A DNA stretch of 64,000 nucleotides, taken from contig CAXXMU010000006.1 in the NCBI GenBank assembly GCA_963667785.2, positions 1,120,001-1,184,000 of the forward strand. Direction: 5' to 3'. The notes beneath the pieces were generated by a model, which worked only from the letters and a program-made list of their open reading frames with translations, was not told where the DNA came from and did not search any database. Positions 56,479 through 64,000 of this stretch are shown here, one piece after another. Source of the DNA: Alphaproteobacteria bacterium (GTDB lineage: Bacteria > Pseudomonadota > Alphaproteobacteria > UBA828). Position numbers and translations under genes: made by a program. Numbering within the stretch: the stretch's first letter is position 1; the number at the start of each line of letters is the position of its first letter.

Positions 56479-59400
56479 CTAACTCATATCAATTTGTTGC
56501 TGCGTCGGCTGGTAGCGGTCGCGCCGCTGCTCGTCCAGCAGGTCGGCGCGCTGGCGGGCCGCACTGATGTTGCCCGCCTGCACCAGTTGGATCAGTTCGC
56601 GCAGCAGCGCGTTGATATCGCCGCCTGCCGGCTGCAAGTTGCGAAGCTCCGGCGCGCTCTTCACGAAGATTTCCTGCGAGAGCGAGCGGAACAGCCCCTG
56701 CGGCCCCTGAAGCGCGTCGTCAAGCGTCTGTGCTTCCCTCGTCACCTCGGCGAACTGGTCGGCGACCTTGATGAGCCCGGCGAAGAGCGCCCTGCCGGCC
56801 TCGGTGGTCAGGTCGGCACCCTCGACAAGAGCCCGGAACTCCCGGCGCGTGCGGGGCGCTGCAACTTCCAGCTCGAAGAACGCCTGCGCCAATTCTCGCC
56901 GGGTCCGGGCGATGCGCTCGTCCTCGGTGGAGAAGTTCTGATAGTAGCCGGCGAGGCCGGACAAGGCCTGATTCTCGTCACCGAACATGCCGCTGAGCTG
57001 GCGGCCGAGACGCATGAGGTCCTCGCTGAAATACTCCGTACCGAGGGTGATTTCGGCGAAGGCTTCATGCGCGAACCGTGCCGCCCGGAGGAACCCGTGA
57101 ATCCGCCGCTCCTCCTGCCGTGCCGCCTCCGCAGCCCGCTCCCGCTGCGCCGCCAGGTCTGCCTCCAGCGCGATGAGCTGCTCTACCGAGCGCTGGTGTT
57201 CAAGCAGCGCCGCCTGCAGGGCTGTGCCTTCGCCTGCCGCCTCGATCTGCCGGCGGAACCCCTCAGCGCCGGACGTATCGACACCGGCGCTGACGAGACG
57301 GTTCCGAAGCTGGTCGATCCGCTCCGCCCCGCCGAAGAAGGCTTCGCTCGACCGGAAGCTCTGCAGCAGGCTCGCACGCCGTTCCTTCTCGGCCTCCGCT
57401 GCACGCCGCGTCGCCTCGGCCGCTCGCGTGCGTTCGTCGGCAAGGCGCTCCTCGAGCGACGCCAACAGCTCGACCTGACCCTGGTGCTCCAGCAGCGCCG
57501 CTCGCAGGGCCTCCCCTGCCGCCTCTACCTGCTCCCTGAACTCGGCGAGCGAGCCGGTGGCCACCCCGGTGGAGACCAGCTCGTTGCGGACCCGATCGGC
57601 CCGCTCCTGCAGGCTGAAGAACGCCTCGCTGGACTGGAAGTTCTGCAGCAGGGCCATGCGGCGCTGATCCTCGGCGCGCGCCGCCTGCTGCGCCGCCTCG
57701 GCACCCTGCGCCCGTTCTTCGGCAAGGCGCTTCTCATAATCGGCGAGAGTGCGCGCCGCCGCACTGTTTTCGAGCAGAGACACGTAGAGCTCGCGGCCTT
57801 CGTCGCCAAGCGCCGCCGCCGCTTCCACCGCTCCCCGGAATGTCTCCGCGACGTCGCCGGTCCCTTCGAGAAAGCCGGACAACATCTCCTGGAGATTGGA
57901 CGGCAGGCTGTCGAACAGCGCGCCCATCCGTTCGCCTTCGGAGTGGAAGCGCGAGCGATAAGAATCCTCGAGCTGGCGGATGCGTTCCTTCTCGGCCTCC
58001 GCTGCCTGCGCCGCTGCGCTCGCCGCCGCCGCCCTCTCGGCGGTCAGCCGCGCTTCATAGTCCAGGACAGCGTTGAACCCGCCTGCGAGCTGCAGCAGCG
58101 CCGTGTAGAGCTCGCGCCCCTTCTCCGTGCTGAGGTCCTGAGCCTCGACCAGGGCGCGGTACTGCGCCGCGGTTTCCGGCATGGCGGTGTTGAGTTCGGC
58201 GAGCGCGTCGGTGATCCGCCGACGCGTGTCGTCCATGCGCTCGGCCTCGGAGTGGAAGGCCGTGTAGTACGTCTGGGCGGCGGACTGGAAATTGCCGACG
58301 CCGCCGAAACGCCCGGCCAGGTCCTCGGCGAGCAACGCACCGCCCACTCCCGTCGCGAACGGCGCGTGCCCCATGCTCTCGAGCACCGCGTTGACCCCGG
58401 TGAGCGCGCCGGCCAGCGTGGTCAGCCGCTCGGCCGCATCGCCGAGAGCAACCTCCAGCTCCGTGCCTTCGAGGGCGAAGGCCGCCATTTCGTTGCGGAT
58501 GCCCCCGAGAACCTCCTCGACCTTGGCCTGCCGGGCGGCCTCGTCGAGGCCCTTCACGGAGAACCGGACTTCCGTGGTGAAGGTGCTGAGCGCGTCCGCC
58601 CCCAGCCCCAGCGCGGCCGCGGCGTCGGCGATCTCGGTGCGGATCGTGTCGACGGCCCCCCGTATGGGCGCCGCGTCCTCATCGGACAGGGTGCGCTCGT
58701 CGGTGAACCGGCTCCGCTTCAGACCGAACAGGCTTGATTTCTTGTAGCGATCGAAGGTCTGCACCAGCGTGTCCATCTCGGAGATGGAGAGGCCGATTTC
58801 CGAGTCGATCAGCGTCTTCTTCGACTGGAACACGCCGAGCAGCGCCATCGCGCCGACCACCACGCCGATGGCGGGCAGCGCCGCGCCGATGGTCGCGCCA
58901 AAGCCGCCGCCGGCGAGGCCTGCGTTCGTGCCGATGCTGAAAATGCCGGCACCGGAACCCATCGCCGCGCTGAGTCCGCCAGACAATCCCGTGCCATACG
59001 CCGACGCCGCAGCAGCATTCACGGCACTGAACGTCGCTGCGCTACCGACGCCCATGCCGATCGTCCCGGCCGCGCTGGTAGCTCCGCCTAGACCAAAGAT
59101 ACCGCCGAGTATGCCACCAGTTCCGGGGCCACTGGCTGACAGCAGGCCACCGGCTCCGAACAAGTCTCCGATGATACCGCCGCCGCTCGCAAGCTCGCTG
59201 ATGCTGCTGAGCGTTGACCCGAGGGAACCCAAGCTGAGCAGATTCGCGAGGCCCCCGCCGCTGGCAATGCCGCCCGCGCCGAGCGCGTTGAGAACGCCGA
59301 GACCAAGGCCGACCTTTGGCCTTGAAGCCATCAGGTACATCATCATCAGGTTGCCAAGGTTGAGACCTCCATTGCCGAGATCGAAACCGCCGCCGAATGT

Positions 59401-62244
59401 CGGCAGCCCGGCACCGCTGCCCTGTGCCGCCGCCATGGCCCGCGCGTTGAACCAGTTGGCCATCGTGAGATCGCGTCCACCCGACGCCGGAGCCGCGCCA
59501 TCGCCCCGGAATGACGCGGGCCGGAAGCCGAACTGCGCGCCGGGCGGCGTGAGCCAGCGCGGCTGCATGCGGAAGTAGTAGTCCCGCATCTGGCGGTCGA
59601 GCTCGCGGTCCTGCGCGTCCCGGTCGCTGTAGCCGAAGCGCCCGCGCGCCAGCTCGTCGGCCGCTGTCAGGGGAGAATCGCCGGTGCGGAGCCGGTCGGC
59701 CGAGCGCCGGCGCAGAATTTCCTCCACGGTGATTTCATCCAGCCGACGCATCACGTCGCGCATGTAATCGTCGGTCGAGCCGCCGATCTCGCGGGTGATG
59801 GCGCCCAGGCCCCGGACGCGCGGCAACACGCCCGGTCCGCGCTGGCGGAGGATGACGCCGAGCTGCCGCCGGGTCTCATCCTCGGTCGCGGCCCGGTCCA
59901 TCAACGCCTGCGGATCGATAATGCTGCCGTTGGCCAAGCCGCGCCGAATGCCCTCAGCGATCATCTCGTCGAGCTCCGGGAAGCCCGCGTTGTAGCGGTA
60001 CTGCCTGCCGCCGGGTGCCGCCTGAGGATTCCATGTGCCAGATGCCCCGCCCCAGATCGGCATACCGATCTGCTGCATGCCGCCGTGCGGCTCCTGCCAC
60101 CACGTCGGCGGGTCGCCAGTTGACCGAAAACCCGACCTCTCTCCGCCCCGATCGAGGTAGGTGGGCCGCGGCTCGAACCCCGGGACTGTGACGGCGGTCG
60201 CCGCGCCTCCGAACAGCAAGGACATGAGCGGCTTGGCCGCGGCCTGGGCGATCATGTCGGCCAAGAGCCGCCTGAAGGCATCCTTCACCCGGTCCGTGAA
60301 ACTCTTGAAGTCGTCGAAGCCGCCCGCCACCCAGTCGCCCCAGGCCGTGGCGATGTCGCCGACAAGGGTGTTCATGCGCCGGAATGCGGGCTCGTTCGCA
60401 GCGATCTGCGCGTCGAGCCGCGCCAGCCTCTCGTACTTGGCGATCAGCGTGTCGCGGGCCTTTCCCGTGATCCTGGCCCGGTCGAGCTCGACCTCGAACA
60501 GCTCGCGCTGGATCGCGGCCTCGGCCCGCCTCACCTGCACGCTGTCCCGACCGTAGGCCAGAATCGCCTCGCTCACTGTGGTTTGGTGCGAGAGAGAACG
60601 CGAGATGTTGGCCTCGGCCTCCAGCCGTCGTTGCGCCTCGCGGACAGTCCGCTCGAACTCGCGCTGCATCTTGCGCTCGGCGGCCTCCTGCGCCCTCTTC
60701 TCCTCCGACACCCGCTTTTCCCAACGGGCCCGGTCCTTGGAGAGCTGGAGACCCTCGATTTCCATCTCCAGGGCTGCCCGCAGTAGCCGGGCGATGTCCT
60801 CCGAGAGGTTGCGCCGCTCGATCTCGCCTTCGAGAGCCGCACGCATCGCGTCGTAACGCGCGTGCTCGGCGTCCAGGGAGTCCTTGCCGTACTTCCCCTC
60901 GACCTGGGCCACCTTGGCCCGCTCCTGCATGGTGGCGAGCTGCCTGGCCGCCCACTCGGCGTTCCGCCTGGCCGCGTTCGCCGCATCGTCTTCGGTCTCG
61001 ATCGTCCGATCCGCCTGCGCCTGGCGCTCGCGCGCCATCTTGAGCAGGTTCACGTAGATTTCGAGCTGGTCCTCCTCCTGCGCCGTCACCTCGCCGTCGG
61101 CCCTGGCCAGCTTCTGCGTCGTGGCGATCAGCGCCTCCAGGACGTCGACCTGCGCGTCGAGATCGGTGCCGGAACGCGCGAGCGCCTCGTTGTGCTCGAT
61201 CCACTCCTGCCGCAGGTCTGCGACCTTGGACTGTGCCTCCTCGGTCCGCCGTGCGTACTCCTCCATCTCCTCGGTGAACTGCCGCGCCTGCTCCGGCCGG
61301 GGTCCGAAGCCCTGGAATATGTCGGCAGCGTTGATGTCCGGCGGCGCGGTGAACTGTCGCTGTGCCCTCTCCAGCTTGTCGAACACGGGCCCGAGATTGA
61401 ACAGGGCATCGGCGCCGCCCTGGACGTCGGTGAAGAAGCCGCTGATGTCGCCCAGCGCCGCCTCGCCGGCGGCCGCGATCTGCCGCCCAAGCCTGCGCCC
61501 CTCGATCTGGCGGACGATCTCGAGGTACTCGCGCATCCGCTCGGTGCCCGCCCCGAAGCGGTCGGTCATGTCCTCCATGCTGAGGGTGGCGTCGTCGGTC
61601 GCCGACTTGAGGTCGCCCAGCGCGCCCTCGGCATCCTCGAGCACGTCGGCAAGCGAGCGGGTCTCGCCCCCCGCGGTGATGGCCCCGAACACCCACTGCC
61701 CGAACGCGGCACCGCCCGCGATCAAGCCGACGGTCACCAGGCTCAACGGGGAGATGATGGAGGTGAAGGCGCTTACCAGCGTCTGACGCAGCGGGGCGCC
61801 AGTGGCTCGCATCTGCGTCAGGACCTGGTTGACCTGAGTGCCCTGCTGCACCGCCAGCAGAAACGGTGACTGGCCGCTCGCCATCATCACGCCGATATCG
61901 TTGAACTGAGCCGCCAGATTGGCCGTCGCGAAGCCGGCGGTGGAGCTGGTCCGCGTGTAGGCCTGACCATGCGCGTTGGTGCGCCTCATGGCCGCGCCAT
62001 AGCTGCTCAGCGAGCCGGTCGCCGCCCGCGCCTGGGCGACCATGTTCTGGGTGGCGGAGCCTGCTTGCCTCACCCCGCCCGCCATGCTCCGCGCGCCGGC
62101 GCCCGCACGCTGGGTGCCGCTGGCGACACCCTCGACGGCCGCGTCCGCGCGCTGGCCCGCCCGCGCCGTCTCGTCCAGCGCGGTTTCCAGCCTCTGGAAA
62201 TCGGACGTATCCAGGCGGGCGGATACTGTGTGGACGTCGGTCAT
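56479..62244 (-). CDS. tail tape measure protein
   Basis: 1921 aa; NLAAQFNDIGVMMASGQSPF..QQGTQ. Confidence 0.92.
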   Translation of the reverse strand: MTDVHTVSARLDTSDFQRLETALDETARAGQRADAAVEGVASGTQRAGAGARSMAGGVRQAGSATQNMVAQARAATGSLSSYGAAMRRTNAHGQAYTRTSSTAGFATANLAAQFNDIGVMMASGQSPFLLAVQQGTQVNQVLTQMRATGAPLRQTLVSAFTSIISPLSLVTVGLIAGGAAFGQWVFGAITAGGETRSLADVLEDAEGALGDLKSATDDATLSMEDMTDRFGAGTERMREYLEIVRQIEGRRLGRQIAAAGEAALGDISGFFTDVQGGADALFNLGPVFDKLERAQRQFTAPPDINAADIFQGFGPRPEQARQFTEEMEEYARRTEEAQSKVADLRQEWIEHNEALARSGTDLDAQVDVLEALIATTQKLARADGEVTAQEEDQLEIYVNLLKMARERQAQADRTIETEDDAANAARRNAEWAARQLATMQERAKVAQVEGKYGKDSLDAEHARYDAMRAALEGEIERRNLSEDIARLLRAALEMEIEGLQLSKDRARWEKRVSEEKRAQEAAERKMQREFERTVREAQRRLEAEANISRSLSHQTTVSEAILAYGRDSVQVRRAEAAIQRELFEVELDRARITGKARDTLIAKYERLARLDAQIAANEPAFRRMNTLVGDIATAWGDWVAGGFDDFKSFTDRVKDAFRRLLADMIAQAAAKPLMSLLFGGAATAVTVPGFEPRPTYLDRGGERSGFRSTGDPPTWWQEPHGGMQQIGMPIWGGASGTWNPQAAPGGRQYRYNAGFPELDEMIAEGIRRGLANGSIIDPQALMDRAATEDETRRQLGVILRQRGPGVLPRVRGLGAITREIGGSTDDYMRDVMRRLDEITVEEILRRRSADRLRTGDSPLTAADELARGRFGYSDRDAQDRELDRQMRDYYFRMQPRWLTPPGAQFGFRPASFRGDGAAPASGGRDLTMANWFNARAMAAAQGSGAGLPTFGGGFDLGNGGLNLGNLMMMYLMASRPKVGLGLGVLNALGAGGIASGGGLANLLSLGSLGSTLSSISELASGGGIIGDLFGAGGLLSASGPGTGGILGGIFGLGGATSAAGTIGMGVGSAATFSAVNAAAASAYGTGLSGGLSAAMGSGAGIFSIGTNAGLAGGGFGATIGAALPAIGVVVGAMALLGVFQSKKTLIDSEIGLSISEMDTLVQTFDRYKKSSLFGLKRSRFTDERTLSDEDAAPIRGAVDTIRTEIADAAAALGLGADALSTFTTEVRFSVKGLDEAARQAKVEEVLGGIRNEMAAFALEGTELEVALGDAAERLTTLAGALTGVNAVLESMGHAPFATGVGGALLAEDLAGRFGGVGNFQSAAQTYYTAFHSEAERMDDTRRRITDALAELNTAMPETAAQYRALVEAQDLSTEKGRELYTALLQLAGGFNAVLDYEARLTAERAAAASAAAQAAEAEKERIRQLEDSYRSRFHSEGERMGALFDSLPSNLQEMLSGFLEGTGDVAETFRGAVEAAAALGDEGRELYVSLLENSAAARTLADYEKRLAEERAQGAEAAQQAARAEDQRRMALLQNFQSSEAFFSLQERADRVRNELVSTGVATGSLAEFREQVEAAGEALRAALLEHQGQVELLASLEERLADERTRAAEATRRAAEAEKERRASLLQSFRSSEAFFGGAERIDQLRNRLVSAGVDTSGAEGFRRQIEAAGEGTALQAALLEHQRSVEQLIALEADLAAQRERAAEAARQEERRIHGFLRAARFAHEAFAEITLGTEYFSEDLMRLGRQLSGMFGDENQALSGLAGYYQNFSTEDERIARTRRELAQAFFELEVAAPRTRREFRALVEGADLTTEAGRALFAGLIKVADQFAEVTREAQTLDDALQGPQGLFRSLSQEIFVKSAPELRNLQPAGGDINALLRELIQLVQAGNISAARQRADLLDEQRRDRYQPTQQQIDMS

Positions 62245-62249
62245 GGCGG

Positions 62250-62678
62250 CTACTCGCCGTTCAGCCGCCGCGCGTTTTCATCCAGGATGGCCGGCCACGT
62301 TTCGACGGCGCCGCGCACGAAGAAGCGCGGGGGCACGCTGCCGTGCCCGTACTCGACCGCCCCCGAATGCTCGGCGGTCCACGTGGCCGTCACCACATCC
62401 CCGAGCTCCGTGTCGGCGACGGTCGCCTCGTTGGGCGTCCCTCGGGCGCTCATCTTCTGCTCTCGCGTCAGCCCGGCTCCCGTCGGCGGCGGGATCGTGC
62501 CGTCGTAGGTCATCACCAGGCTGTTCTTGAGAAACCCGGTATCGACGGGGCAGTTGGCCTGCGCCTTCTCCACCAGATCCTGAGCAGACTGGCGGGTCAA
62601 CGCCGTCAGCTTCTCGCGGGTCCGGTCGCCGACGGCGCGCACCATGTCCTCGAACGACAGATGATAGAAGTTCGCCAT
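62250..62678 (-). CDS. HK97 gp10-like tail completion protein
   Basis: PVDTGFLKNS, VEYG, PRFFVR. Confidence 0.8.
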   Translation of the reverse strand: MANFYHLSFEDMVRAVGDRTREKLTALTRQSAQDLVEKAQANCPVDTGFLKNSLVMTYDGTIPPPTGAGLTREQKMSARGTPNEATVADTELGDVVTATWTAEHSGAVEYGHGSVPPRFFVRGAVETWPAILDENARRLNGE

Positions 62679-63112
62679 CACCCGGCTCTCTTCAGCGCGC
62701 GCAGGCCGGAGCGCAGAGTGTCGGCGACGCTCTCCTGGCGCTTCTCCTCGCCCTCGTCGTCCGTCCACGGCGACGGGCTGCCCGTGGTGCGCGAGGCCTC
62801 GTTGTATTCGCCAACGTAGGCCCGGCTCATGAGGACCAGCGCCTCAGCCTGCCAGGAGGCGAGCTGCGTGGCGGTCAGCTCCGTCCACGCGCGCATCTCG
62901 GACCATGAGATCGGCGCAAGGCCGAAGCCGGTGCCGGCGGCGGGACCCACGGTGTACAGCAGGGTCGTCACCCACTCGTCGCCCTCGTCGAGGAGAGGCG
63001 GAAACTGCAGCTCCGGGTTCATCTCCCGGTTGGTACGGCTCCCCTCCTCCGGCGTCGCGTCCGCCCATCCCGCTTGCCGCGCCCACTGCGTGAGCGCCTT
63101 CAGGCGTTTCCC
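62678..63112 (-). CDS. tail assembly chaperone, -1 frameshift extension (gpGT-like)
   Basis: PISWSEMRAW..WQAEAL..MSRAY; frame open back to the slippery site. Confidence 0.75.
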   Translation of the reverse strand, partial: GKRLKALTQWARQAGWADATPEEGSRTNREMNPELQFPPLLDEGDEWVTTLLYTVGPAAGTGFGLAPISWSEMRAWTELTATQLASWQAEALVLMSRAYVGEYNEASRTTGSPSPWTDDEGEEKRQESVADTLRSGLRALKRAG

Positions 63113-63540
63113 ACGAAGTTCGCCCGGTCGCCGAAGAAGTCGATGACCTGCTCGCGGATCCAGCGGTGCTCGGTGTAGAGCTTGATAGCGTTCTCATGGG
63201 AGTGCGGGAACTCTGCGCCCTCCCATTCGATGTGTTCCCATCCGAGGGTAATGGCGGCGAGTTCCTCCGCCTGCATGCCCTCGTTCTCGCCGGCCGCCTC
63301 GAGTAGCTGGTTGGCGGTGACGCGGCCCTTCTTCGGCGGCAGCGTTTTCTTCGATCGCATGGCGACGGTACGGGCGACCGCCTCCTCGTACGCCATCGAG
63401 TCCGCGCCGCGGACCCGGATGCGGCAAGGCTTCTCCTCGGCGACGCCGAGCTCCTCGCCGGTGATCGGATCGACAAGCTGCAGCCACGCCCCCTTCTCGG
63501 CGGCGGCGCGCAGATCGAAACCCCTTGAGAAATCCACCAT
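63100..63540 (-). CDS. tail assembly chaperone (gpG-like)
   Basis: DPITGE..IRVRGADS..WIREQV..F..DRANF. Confidence 0.85.
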   Translation of the reverse strand: MVDFSRGFDLRAAAEKGAWLQLVDPITGEELGVAEEKPCRIRVRGADSMAYEEAVARTVAMRSKKTLPPKKGRVTANQLLEAAGENEGMQAEELAAITLGWEHIEWEGAEFPHSHENAIKLYTEHRWIREQVIDFFGDRANFVGNA

Positions 63541-63660
63541 CGTCGGTTCTTCCTTTCTTCATCGCGAAGCCGGGGCGGCACCGGGGCGCGCCATCACGGC
63601 ATTGCGCCAGAATCGCCGCTGCCCCGTGCCCCTCCGCAGGGCAGCGGCGGGTGTCCGGGC

Positions 63661-64000
63661 TTAGGTGCCCTCGATGATGTCCAGATGGTCGATCTCGAGC
63701 GAGCACCTGAGCATGATCGCATCGTCCGGGCCGCCCACGACGCGCTTGAGCGAAGCGACCAGGGCCTGGAAGTAGAACTCCTCGCCGGCGGCACCGGTGC
63801 CCGGCAGGCCGACCTTGAATGCGTACTTCGCGGTCGAGACGGCAGCCGCTTCGAGGAGCGTCTGACCGGCATCGGCGCTGTCGAACAGCAGATCGACCGC
63901 GACGGTGCCGTTGTCGTAGCTCCCCTTGAACTTGCGGGTCGCGCCGCTCGCCAGGTTGTTGACCCGGACCGTGTTGTACTCACGGCCGAACTCGCCGACC
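63661..64000 (-). CDS. major tail tube protein, 5' end beyond window
   Basis: VGEFGREYN..TRKFKGSYDNG..DAGQ..FYFQALV; upstream of chaperones. Confidence 0.85.
   Translation of the reverse strand, partial: VGEFGREYNTVRVNNLASGATRKFKGSYDNGTVAVDLLFDSADAGQTLLEAAAVSTAKYAFKVGLPGTGAAGEEFYFQALVASLKRVVGGPDDAIMLRCSLEIDHLDIIEGT

Larger units (their letters stand above)
30490..64000 (-). mobile_element. siphovirus-type prophage/phage region; left limit may extend to ~8.2 kb, right end beyond window
   Basis: Lysis, capsid, portal, terminase, tape measure, chaperones, tail tube. Confidence 0.9.

Noticed and set aside
54229-58737. Long plus-strand ORFs opposite tail genes, and similar shadow ORFs throughout
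   Set aside because: Antisense shadows typical of high-GC DNA; recognisable genes lie on the other strand

Overview
GC-rich, alphaproteobacterial-looking DNA in three zones. (1) 1-8.0 kb is host-like: dgcN/dgcA D-glutamate catabolism genes, a porin, a Slam-like outer-membrane protein and its probable lipoprotein substrate. (2) 8.2-30.5 kb is accessory: phage-like small genes, a HerA/DUF87-like ATPase with one in-frame stop, an MTase-HNH fusion, and a type II-C CRISPR-Cas locus (tracrRNA, cas9, cas1, cas2, 11 spacers). The middle of cas9 appears scrambled by an assembly artefact. This zone also holds three more TbpB-like lipoproteins, an autotransporter and a second near-identical porin. (3) 30.5-64 kb is a siphovirus-type (pro)phage with lysis genes, tRNA-Met, head, packaging and tail genes on the minus strand, interrupted by a plus-strand 'early' operon at 45.5-51 kb. 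The strongest unexplained signal is in that operon: four type II hammerhead ribozymes (plus two degenerate look-alikes) sit immediately after stop codons, alongside about 20 co-oriented CA(A/G)GGGAC motifs. Other notable features are a six-copy late-promoter motif and a Ser/Thr/Arg-repeat tail protein followed by three modifying enzymes. No integrase or att site was identified. All calls are by eye; no database searches were run.
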